From Thermoplasmata archaeon (lineage in GTDB: Archaea > Thermoplasmatota > SW-10-69-26 > JACQPN01 > JAJPHT01): 20,683 nucleotides of DNA. Under the pieces are notes generated by a model that ran no database searches, was not told where the DNA came from, and saw only the letters and a program-made list of their open reading frames with translations. The position numbers were made by a program, and so were the translations under genes. This document shows positions 1-7,806 of this stretch, one piece after another (the first letter of the stretch is position 1; each line of letters begins with the position of its first letter). The stretch lies in the NCBI GenBank assembly GCA_034667685.1, contig JAXDQU010000095.1:1-20683 (forward strand). Direction: 5' to 3'.

Positions 1-120
1 TTTCCTCCGCCTCCCTTCGGCTCCCCCAGCCTCCCCGCGCCTCCCTCCGCCTCCCCCCGTCATCAGATTGGGGCATCGCGTGGGCAAACACGCTTTCCGT
101 CGCCGCGCCGTGCCCGCCGC

Positions 121-879
121 ATGCGCGTGCTCCTCCTGCTCGTCGCGCTCGCCACGGTGATGGCGGGCTGCGCGTCGCCCGACACGACCCCTTCCACGAC
201 CACGCCCGCGTCCTCGACGCCCGTCTCGTCGACGCCCGCCACCCCGACGCCCGCCGAGGAGCAGGCTGATATCACGATCGCGGGCTTCGCGTTCAGCCCC
301 GCCTCGTACCCCGAGGAACTTGGCGGCACCGTCTCGTGGCAGAACCTCGACACGACCACGCACACCGTGACGGCGGACGACGGCAGCTTCGACTCGGGCC
401 CCCTCGCGCCGGGCGCGTGGTTCAACCACACGTTCCCCGCGGCCGGTGTCGTGGCGTACCACTGCAAGATCCACGCCTCGATGCACGGCTCGCTCACGAT
501 CGGCAACGTCACGAACCAGACGCCCACGCCGAGCAGCACGCCCCCCGCCCCGACGACGCCGTCCAGCCCGACGCCAACGTCCTCGACGCCGCCCGCCTCC
601 TCGACGCCTCCCTCGCCCTCGCCGCCGCCCGACCAGACGGTGACGATCCAGGGCTTCGCCTACGCGCCCGAGACGCTCACCGTGCCCGTGGGCACCACCG
701 TGGTCTGGCACGACCTGGACGCGGCGCCCCACGGCGCGGTCGCGGACGACGGAAGCTGGACCACGGGCGTCGTGTCCAGCGGCGCGTCCGGCTCGCGCAC
801 GTTCACGACGACGGGGACGTGGACGTACCACTGCCCCGTGCATGGCCAGTCGATGACGGGCACGATCGTCGTGACGTAA
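121..879 (+). CDS. Lipoprotein with two cupredoxin (plastocyanin/halocyanin-like type-1 copper) domains joined by Pro/Ser/Thr linkers
   Basis: Lipobox-like MRVLLLLVALATVMAG-C. Domain 1 has HTVT...YHCKIHASM and domain 2 has PHGAV...YHCPVHGQSM, giving His/Cys/His/Met ligand sets. Confidence 0.92.
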   Translation: MRVLLLLVALATVMAGCASPDTTPSTTTPASSTPVSSTPATPTPAEEQADITIAGFAFSPASYPEELGGTVSWQNLDTTTHTVTADDGSFDSGPLAPGAWFNHTFPAAGVVAYHCKIHASMHGSLTIGNVTNQTPTPSSTPPAPTTPSSPTPTSSTPPASSTPPSPSPPPDQTVTIQGFAYAPETLTVPVGTTVVWHDLDAAPHGAVADDGSWTTGVVSSGASGSRTFTTTGTWTYHCPVHGQSMTGTIVVT

Positions 880-958
880 CGCGCGCGAAGGTCTGTCCCC
901 GGCGGGCCGAAGTGTTTTTGGCCCTCGACGCGCCGTACGCGCCCCGGGAGGCTTTCAC

Positions 959-1885
959 GTGCTACGCTTCGTCCTGGTCGGACTCATCTTCCTCTGTTTC
1001 ACCGCGCCCACCGGCGCGGTCGCCCCGATTCCCGCGCCCATCGGGGAAGACCATCCGGGCAGCTGCTCCGACACGACCACATCCACCTCGACGCAGAACG
1101 GATCCGATTATGACTTTGCGGCGCGTCGCGAGATCCGCTGCACGGACGACCACCAGACGGTGGGCGCGCCCGTCGCAGGGGACGTTGCCCAGGTCTGGGG
1201 CAGTGAAGAACCCTACCACGTGGTCGAGACCTACTTGATCCACTCGCGCGACGTGTTCGTCCCTTGCGGAAGCGGAACGGGCGTCGAATCGTGGTACTGG
1301 CACAACACGACGGACGTGCTGGACACCAAAGGGTCGCAGCTCGCCCCCAGCCTGAGCTCGCCCACCACGGGGTATCTCTACCTCGGGAGCTGCCACGACT
1401 ACCAGTGGCGCAACGAGACGTCGACGAACCACTCGATCCGCGCATACGCGGGCGCGTACCCGACCGTTTGGGATGACGTCGAGACGACGACGTGGGCCGG
1501 TCAGCAGAACTGCAAGCAGGGCCCCGAGGCGGTGGGCGTCGATGGGAGCGTGCAATCCTGCACGTTCCGGGCGGACGCCTCGTCGTACGACCACGACGTC
1601 CGGGCCCTCGACGGCGCCCCGACGCACACGCACAGCGAGGCGAGCCCCGAGCCCGGCTGGCACTGCCTGTATGGCCCCGACCGCGCGCTCGCCATCTCAG
1701 GCACCGGAACGGCTCTCGACGGGACGACCGCACGGCTGCAAGCAGGCTACGTGCAGGATTGGCACGGCGACTGCTTCTGCGCCGGCTCGACGGACGCGTT
1801 CCTCGTCGCCCACGCGCGCGTCTCCACGCCCACGACGGGTCCGATCGGCGCCGACGAAGAGGAGCCCTTCCTCCCCCTGCTCTGA
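959..1885 (+). CDS. Secreted hypothetical protein, Thr/Ser/Cys-rich
   Basis: GTG start, hydrophobic signal peptide, 308-aa non-Arg-biased ORF filling the gap. No family recognised. Confidence 0.7.
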   Translation: MLRFVLVGLIFLCFTAPTGAVAPIPAPIGEDHPGSCSDTTTSTSTQNGSDYDFAARREIRCTDDHQTVGAPVAGDVAQVWGSEEPYHVVETYLIHSRDVFVPCGSGTGVESWYWHNTTDVLDTKGSQLAPSLSSPTTGYLYLGSCHDYQWRNETSTNHSIRAYAGAYPTVWDDVETTTWAGQQNCKQGPEAVGVDGSVQSCTFRADASSYDHDVRALDGAPTHTHSEASPEPGWHCLYGPDRALAISGTGTALDGTTARLQAGYVQDWHGDCFCAGSTDAFLVAHARVSTPTTGPIGADEEEPFLPLL

Positions 1886-2045
1886 GCGCGCGCCGGGCCG
1901 CCTCCGCCCGCGCCCGCTCACGGAACCCGTGAAGATTGCGTCCGCCCGGGCGCGCGGAAACGCTTAACAAAGGGTCGTGTGTATCGCGGCCCGAGAACCC
2001 CTTCGGGGGCAGTCCCCGCGCACCGCGCGATCGGGAGCGTTTGAC

Positions 2046-2963
2046 ATGCACATCGTCGTCTGCCTCAAGCCGGTCCCCAACGCCCAGGACATCCGCATCA
2101 ACCCGGAGACCAAGACGCTGGACCGCAAGGACGCCCAGAACGTCATCAACCCCCCGGACCTGAATGCGTTGGAGCTGGCGCTCCAGCTCAAGGACAAGCA
2201 CGGCGCGAAGGTCACGGTGCTCTCGATGTGCCCGCCCTTCGGCGAGCCCTTCCTCCGCGAGTGCATCGCGATGGGCGCCGACGACGCGGTGCTCCTCTCC
2301 GACCGCGCCTTCGCGGGCAGCGACACCTACCCCACCTCGTACACGCTCGCGGCCGGCGTGCGCGCGATCAGCGCCCTCAAGCAGGGCGAGTACAAGGGGA
2401 GCGTCCCGCCCCCGCCCACGCAGCCCGACGGCAAGCCCACGCCGCCCAACGCGCCCTGGACCGCGGGCAAGGAGAAGACCGTCTTCGGCCCCGTGGACCT
2501 CGTCATCTGCGGCGAGGAGACGACCGACAGCAGCACCGGCCAGACCGGCCCCGGCATCGCCGAGTGGAACCGTTGGCCGCAGGTCACGTACATCAAGGAC
2601 CTCAAGGTCGTCGAGGGCAACAAGATCCACTGCACGCAGGACCTCGAGGGCGCGCGCAGCATCTGGGAGGCCGAGCTTCCCGCCGTCGTCACCGTGAACC
2701 TGGGCATCAACACGCCCCGCGCGCCGCAGCTCGCGCGCAAGATCATGGCGACCAAGCAGTTCGAGATCACCTACTGGACGAAGGACGCCCTCAAGGACAT
2801 CGACCCCGCGAAGCTGGGCCTGAAGGGCTCGCCCACCGTGGTGGGCAAGATCCTCACGATCGACGTGGGCGGCAAGGACACCCAGTGGATCGACGGCACG
2901 ACGAACCCCGAGGCCGCGGCCAAGGAGCTCGTCGACAAGCTCGCGGCGCGCGGCCTGCTGTAG
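2046..2963 (+). CDS. etfB: Electron transfer flavoprotein beta subunit (FixA family)
   Basis: MHIVVCLKPVP start (ATG 2046, not 1977). Motifs INPPDLNALELAL, LSDRAFAGSDT, DLVICG..TTDSSTGQTGPGIAE, GLKGSPT. Confidence 0.95.
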   Translation: MHIVVCLKPVPNAQDIRINPETKTLDRKDAQNVINPPDLNALELALQLKDKHGAKVTVLSMCPPFGEPFLRECIAMGADDAVLLSDRAFAGSDTYPTSYTLAAGVRAISALKQGEYKGSVPPPPTQPDGKPTPPNAPWTAGKEKTVFGPVDLVICGEETTDSSTGQTGPGIAEWNRWPQVTYIKDLKVVEGNKIHCTQDLEGARSIWEAELPAVVTVNLGINTPRAPQLARKIMATKQFEITYWTKDALKDIDPAKLGLKGSPTVVGKILTIDVGGKDTQWIDGTTNPEAAAKELVDKLAARGLL

Positions 2964-3030
2964 GCAAGCCCCGCGTTGCCGACCCGGGAAGGCTCATCGC
3001 GTCCGCGCGCGGTGGAGGCCCGGAGTCTCC

Positions 3031-3369
3031 ATGCGCCTCGTCCTTCTCGCCCTCCTCGCCGGCCTCGTCCTCCTTCCCGCGATGCCCAGCGCCGCGGCCG
3101 GAAGCTGCGTCGTCGCGCGGCTCTCCCTCGTCTGCGAAGGGCAGCCCTGGTGCACGAACGACGGCCTTTGCGGCACGCCCGAGTGCGTCACGCCCACCGG
3201 CCCGTGCGTCCTCAACGCGCCCGACGGCTACCCGTCGAACTGCCTCGTCGGCGTGCAGCCGAACCTGGGCCTCGTGTGCACCGGCCAGCCCTATTGCGAC
3301 CCGAGCGGCTGCTACGTCCCGATCTGCGTGACCAACTCGGAGAAGACGTGCCTCAACGACGGGCCGTGA
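3031..3369 (+). CDS. Small secreted Cys-rich protein with two 6-Cys repeats
   Basis: Signal peptide ending SAAA, 12 Cys, and an internal repeat LVCxGQP(W/Y)C...CVT...C. Confidence 0.8.
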   Translation: MRLVLLALLAGLVLLPAMPSAAAGSCVVARLSLVCEGQPWCTNDGLCGTPECVTPTGPCVLNAPDGYPSNCLVGVQPNLGLVCTGQPYCDPSGCYVPICVTNSEKTCLNDGP

Positions 3370-3373
3370 TCGG

Positions 3374-5311
3374 TCAAGCGGAATCGATCCGCGCGAGCAG
3401 CGCCGCCGCGCTCTGCGGCCGCCGCGCCGGATCGGCCGCGAGCGCGGGCAGGAGCGCCTCGCGCCAGCGCGGCGGGATCGCGCCACGCGGCGGAAGATCG
3501 CCCGCGATCGCCTCCCAGATCACCGACGCCGCCGCGTGGAGGTCGCTCGCGGGCGTGAGCGGCTCGCCGCGCGCCTGCTCCGGGCTCATGTAGGCGGGCG
3601 AGCCCGGGTGCGCGCCCGCGGGCCGCGTCGCGTCGCGCGCCGACGCCGCGCCCATGTCGAGGAGCACCACGCGGCCGCGCGGCGCCATCACCACGTTCGC
3701 GGGCTTCACGTCGCGGTGCAGGATCCCGCGCTCGTGCAGGGCGCCCAGGCCTGATAGCAATCCCCGCGCGAGCCGGCGCGCGTCCTCCTCGCCCATGGGC
3801 CCGCGCGCGAGCCGCGCCGCGAGCGTCTCGCCCTCCACGTGGTCGAGCACGAGCAGGTGTCCTTCGGGCGTGGGCTCCACGGCGCGGAAGCCGACCACGT
3901 TCGGGTGCGAGAGCGAGAGCGCGACCTCGGCCTCGCGGCGGAACGCCCGCAGCGCGGCCGCGTCGGCGCTCCACTCGGGGCGCAGCTCCTTGAGCACCAC
4001 CCTCGCGCCATCCGCCCGGTCCGTCGCCTCGAAGGCGCGCCCGAACGTGCCGGCGCCCAGCGCGCGGTGGACGACGTAGCGCCCCGCCACGACCGCCCCC
4101 TCCTCCATGCGCGGCGCCGACGGGGGGACGCCGCCCTCCAGCCGCGCCAGCTCCAGCACGCGCCGCGCCTCGACCGGCGTGAGGCCCAGGCGGACGCGCA
4201 GGTCCTCCAGCTCCGCGTCGGTGGCGCCCAGGAGCGCGCGCGAGCGCAGGACCGAGGCGCGCCGCCAGGCCAGGTCGCCCTCCGCGCGCGGGAGGGCCAG
4301 GCGCACCGCGACGACGCCGAGCGTGCCCAGCCCCGCGACGGCCGCGCCGCCCACGAGCGCGTGGAGCAGGTCGACGTCGAGCAGGCCGCCCAGGAGCCCC
4401 GCGGTCAGCGTGGCCGCCACGGCGACGACGACCGCGAGCAGCGCGACGCGCAGCGGCCCCGCGACGGAGGTCGGGACGCCGAGAAGCTCGTGGCGCGGCA
4501 GCGCGGCGGCGACGACGGCGAGCACGAGGAACCAGCGCGCGGAGTACGCGAAGCCGAACGCCACGTACGCGACGCCGGGCACGAAGCGCAGCAGCCACGT
4601 CAGCTCGACCACCAGAAGCAGCGCGCCGATGGCGAGCGTCGTGCGCGCGACGTGCGCCTTCGCCGGCGGGCGCGCGAGCCGCGTCGCCACGAAGAACGCG
4701 GCGAAGGCCGCCGCCAGGAGCGCCTCCATGACGAGCGTCTGCGCCTGCGCGCGCCCGCCCGCCCCGTGGACGAGCCCGAGGTCGAGGTAGGTCAGCGCGA
4801 TGCGCGGCAGGCACGCCAGGGCGAAGGCGACGACGAGCGAGCCGCGCGCGTCGAGATCGTCCTGCGCCCGCAGGTAGTCCGCGGCCAGGAGCGCGAAGGA
4901 GCCGCCGTAGGCGAGGACGATCTCGGCCACGAAGAGCGGCCCCGTCTGCGGCGTCCCGTGGAACGAGAAGACCCACGACGAGACGGCGGCGTAGGCCAGG
5001 AGCCCCGGCACGACGCCGCGCGGGAGGACCTTGCGCGTGGCGGCCAGCGCGAAGGCGAGCAGGACGGGCGGGTCGGCGTGCGTGGCGAAGGTGGCGATGC
5101 GCCAGATGCCCGGGTCGACGACGCCGGCGAGGTTGAGGATCGCGCGCGTGCCGTCCACGAGGTAGTTGACGCCCACGAGCGCGACGAAGAGGGCGAGCAG
5201 CGTGCGCACCGTGCGGTCGGCCGAGAGGCGCGCCAGGGCGAGCGCGAAGAGCAGGAGGAAGGCGCCCAGGAGCGCGTCGGCGGAGGAGGCCAGCGCGACG
5301 GCGTCCACCAT
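3374..5311 (-). CDS. Polytopic membrane protein with C-terminal Hanks-type Ser/Thr kinase domain
   Basis: About 10-12 hydrophobic segments, then GAGTFG, VVLKEL, REAEV, HPNVV, HRDVKPANV, DMG (in place of DFG), GSPAYMSPEQ, SDLH. Confidence 0.92.
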   Translation of the reverse strand: MVDAVALASSADALLGAFLLLFALALARLSADRTVRTLLALFVALVGVNYLVDGTRAILNLAGVVDPGIWRIATFATHADPPVLLAFALAATRKVLPRGVVPGLLAYAAVSSWVFSFHGTPQTGPLFVAEIVLAYGGSFALLAADYLRAQDDLDARGSLVVAFALACLPRIALTYLDLGLVHGAGGRAQAQTLVMEALLAAAFAAFFVATRLARPPAKAHVARTTLAIGALLLVVELTWLLRFVPGVAYVAFGFAYSARWFLVLAVVAAALPRHELLGVPTSVAGPLRVALLAVVVAVAATLTAGLLGGLLDVDLLHALVGGAAVAGLGTLGVVAVRLALPRAEGDLAWRRASVLRSRALLGATDAELEDLRVRLGLTPVEARRVLELARLEGGVPPSAPRMEEGAVVAGRYVVHRALGAGTFGRAFEATDRADGARVVLKELRPEWSADAAALRAFRREAEVALSLSHPNVVGFRAVEPTPEGHLLVLDHVEGETLAARLARGPMGEEDARRLARGLLSGLGALHERGILHRDVKPANVVMAPRGRVVLLDMGAASARDATRPAGAHPGSPAYMSPEQARGEPLTPASDLHAAASVIWEAIAGDLPPRGAIPPRWREALLPALAADPARRPQSAAALLARIDSA

Positions 5312-5998
5312 CTACGCGCCGTCCCGGAAGAGCAGGCGCGTCCGCCCCACCGTGACGAGCGCGCCGTTGCGCAGCGGGCGCGTCTCGCCGGGCGCGAGCG
5401 CGTCGAAGTCGAGGAACGTGCCGTTCGTGCTGTGGAGGTCGGTGAGCGTCCAGCCCGTGGGCTCGCGGGAGACCATCGCGTGGCGCGCGCTGGCGAACGG
5501 GTCGTAGGCGAGCGGCACGTCGCCGCGCGGGTCGCGCCCCAGGATCCAGCTCTTGCCCCGCGCGAGGGCGAACCAGCGCCCCGGCGCGTCGCCGTGCGCG
5601 AGCAGGAGCCCCGGCCCCTGGCGCGAGGGGCCCGGCGAGGCGGCGCCCCCGGCCACGGTGTGCGTCGCGGGGCTGCGCTGCGAGACGGGCGGGAGCGCGA
5701 GGGCCAGCACGCTCTCCTTGAACGCGAAGAGCCCCTGGGGGCTGGCAGCGTACTCGGTCGCCGGCAGGGCGCCGCGGCGGGCCTGGCGGGTGGCGACGAG
5801 GCCGACCGCCTCCATGGCCTCCAGGTGCCGGCGGAGCGCCTGGCGGGTGATCCCGAACTCCCGCGCGAGGTCCGGGGCGAAGGCGGGCGAGGCCAGGCGG
5901 TGCAGCAGCGCGACCCGGAGCGGGCTCGCCAGCGTCTCGAAGGCGAGGACGAGGTCGTTGTCCGGCGCACGGGTGACCCGCGCCTCCTCTCGCAACAT
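5312..5998 (-). CDS. ArsR-like winged-HTH regulator fused to a C-terminal FHA domain
   Basis: FETLASPLRVALL...DLAREFGITRQALRRHLEAMEAVGLV (wHTH). ILGRD...ASARHA...DLHSTNGTF (FHA). ATG at 5998; the stop TAG directly abuts the kinase ATG. Confidence 0.9.
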   Translation of the reverse strand: MLREEARVTRAPDNDLVLAFETLASPLRVALLHRLASPAFAPDLAREFGITRQALRRHLEAMEAVGLVATRQARRGALPATEYAASPQGLFAFKESVLALALPPVSQRSPATHTVAGGAASPGPSRQGPGLLLAHGDAPGRWFALARGKSWILGRDPRGDVPLAYDPFASARHAMVSREPTGWTLTDLHSTNGTFLDFDALAPGETRPLRNGALVTVGRTRLLFRDGA

Positions 5999-6020
5999 GG
6001 GGGTCAACCGGGGCTGAGGG

Positions 6021-6077
6021 CTCTTAACCTTCGTGGCCGGGCGCTGGACCCCGCGCGCCGGCGAAACTTTGAAAAAC
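6021..6077. promoter_or_regulatory. Divergent archaeal-type BRE/TATA-like promoters for the HTH-FHA/kinase operon (-) and etfA (+)
   Basis: Minus-strand CGAAGGTTAAGAG (6033-6021) lies 22 nt before ATG 5998. Plus-strand CGAAACTTTGAAAAAC (6062-6077) lies 26 nt before ATG 6104. Both are AT islands in very GC-rich DNA. Confidence 0.55.
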
Positions 6078-6103
6078 ACGAGGGCGTTCGCCGCCCGTTC
6101 AGC

Positions 6104-7156
6104 ATGCCCGAGATCAACGCCAAGGACCCGCAGGCCGTCGCCGAGTGGACCGGCATCTGGGTGTTCATCGAGCACCACCAGGGCAAGATCGCGAAGGTCT
6201 CGCTGGAGCTTCTCGGGAAGGGGCGCGAGCTGGCCGACCAGCGCGGCGTCTCGCTCACGGGCATCCTCCTGGGCCTGAACCAGAAGCACCTCGCGCAGAC
6301 GTGCATCCAGCACGGCGCGGACAAGGTCATCTACGTCGACTCCCCCCACCTGGAGCGCTACAGCACGGAGCCCTACGTGGAGGTCTGCGCGCAGCTCGTC
6401 GAGCAGCGCAAGCCCGAGGTCTTCCTCATCGGCGCGAGCCACACGGGCCGCGACTTCGGCAGCCGCATCGCCGTGCGCAACCACACCGGCTGCACGGCCG
6501 ACGCCACGAAGCTGGAGTGGGACATGGAGAAGGCCAAGGCCAAGAACGAGTGGGAGCTCATCATGCTGCGCCCCGCGTTCGGCGGCAAGATCCTCGCGGG
6601 CATCGTGTGCCCCAAGCACCGCCCGTGGATCGCCAGCGCGCGCCCCAACACGTTCCAGGCGCCCAGCCCCGACCCCACGCGCAAGGGCGAGGTCGAGCAG
6701 ACCACCGTGCCGATGACGGGCAAGTACCACAGCCGCGTCATCAAGTTCGAGGAGCTGCCCCACAGCGGCGTCCAGATCGACAAGGCCGAGCTGATCGTCA
6801 GCGGCGGCATGGGCCTGGGCAAGAAGGAGAACCTGAAGCTCGTCGAGGACGTCGCCAGGGAGCTTGGCGCGGCCGTGGGCGCGAGCAGGAAGATCGTCGA
6901 CGCGGGCTGGATCGACCGCACGCACCAGGTCGGCCAGACCGGCACCACCGTGCGCCCCAAGCTCTACATGGCGTGCGGCATCAGCGGCGCCGTCCAGCAC
7001 CTCGCCGGCATGCAGGAGGCCGGGACGATCGTCGCCATCAACAACGACAAGAAGGCGCCCATCTTCCAGTTCTCCGACATCGGAGTCGTGGGGGACGCGA
7101 CGAAGATCCTCCCGGCGGTCGCCGCCGAGATCAAGCGCCGCAAGGCCGCGAAGTAA
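6104..7156 (+). CDS. etfA: Electron transfer flavoprotein alpha subunit (FixB family)
   Basis: GIWVFIEH, RPAFGG, IVSGGMGLG, VGASR, QVGQTGTTVRPKLY.ACGISGAVQHLAGM, IVAINNDKKAPIF. The real start is ATG 6104; the 3839 extension is a shadow frame. Confidence 0.96.
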   Translation: MPEINAKDPQAVAEWTGIWVFIEHHQGKIAKVSLELLGKGRELADQRGVSLTGILLGLNQKHLAQTCIQHGADKVIYVDSPHLERYSTEPYVEVCAQLVEQRKPEVFLIGASHTGRDFGSRIAVRNHTGCTADATKLEWDMEKAKAKNEWELIMLRPAFGGKILAGIVCPKHRPWIASARPNTFQAPSPDPTRKGEVEQTTVPMTGKYHSRVIKFEELPHSGVQIDKAELIVSGGMGLGKKENLKLVEDVARELGAAVGASRKIVDAGWIDRTHQVGQTGTTVRPKLYMACGISGAVQHLAGMQEAGTIVAINNDKKAPIFQFSDIGVVGDATKILPAVAAEIKRRKAAK

Positions 7157-7179
7157 CCAAGCATCCGCCGCGCCACGCC

Positions 7180-7797
7180 ATGCGCGTGCGACGCGGCTTT
7201 CTCCTTCTCCTCATCCTGCTCCTTCCAGGCTGCGCCAGGCCGGGCGACGCGCCCGCGTCGGCCCTCGCGGCGCCGGCGTGCAGCCTGACGGGGCGCGGCG
7301 ACGTGCCGGCCGGGCCCGACTGCGCGCTGGAATGGCTGAACGTCACGCTGACGCCCGCAGGCCCAGAACGATATCACGCCGCGCTGCCCGCGCCGGCCTT
7401 CGGGCTCCGCCGGCTCCTGGGCGACTGGGCCGCGAACGCGACGATCGAGGGGGACGGCACGCTCCTGGCCGAGGACTTCGGCGAGGGCCCGGTCCTCCTG
7501 GTCAACGCGAGCGGGCCGGTGACGCTGCGCGCGACCCGCACGACCTCGCCGGACCCCGAGACGCTCACGGCGGAAAGCTATCTCTTCGCGCGCTGGACCA
7601 CGAGCCCCGCGGACCTGCGCCCCCACGCGCTGCGCGTGATGGTGGACGCCAACCCCGCGCCGCCCACGAGCGTGGTCGTGAACCTCACGTACGACGCCAT
7701 GTCCCGCGCGTGCGGCCGCCACGCCGCGTTCTCCGGCGCCGTGCCAAGCGGCGGGTGGACGCCCATCGCGGGCGCGGACGAGGCGACCTGCTCGTAG
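7180..7797 (+). CDS. Hypothetical lipoprotein
   Basis: ATG 7180, MRVRRGFLLLLILLLPG-C lipobox, normal composition, 23 nt after the etfA stop. Confidence 0.75.
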   Translation: MRVRRGFLLLLILLLPGCARPGDAPASALAAPACSLTGRGDVPAGPDCALEWLNVTLTPAGPERYHAALPAPAFGLRRLLGDWAANATIEGDGTLLAEDFGEGPVLLVNASGPVTLRATRTTSPDPETLTAESYLFARWTTSPADLRPHALRVMVDANPAPPTSVVVNLTYDAMSRACGRHAAFSGAVPSGGWTPIAGADEATCS

Positions 7798-7806
7798 GCG
7801 CGGCCC

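Noticed and set aside
1-63. Pyrimidine-rich low-complexity tract, possibly the start of a minus-strand gene (ATG at 63, MTGGGGGRRGE...)
   Set aside because: Truncated by the window edge, with too little sequence to support a gene or a regular repeat.
3839-6103. Apparent N-terminal extension of about 750 aa on EtfA (and of the HTH-FHA ORF to 7000)
   Set aside because: Each extension is antisense to real genes. Proper starts with promoter-like elements exist at 6104 and 5998.
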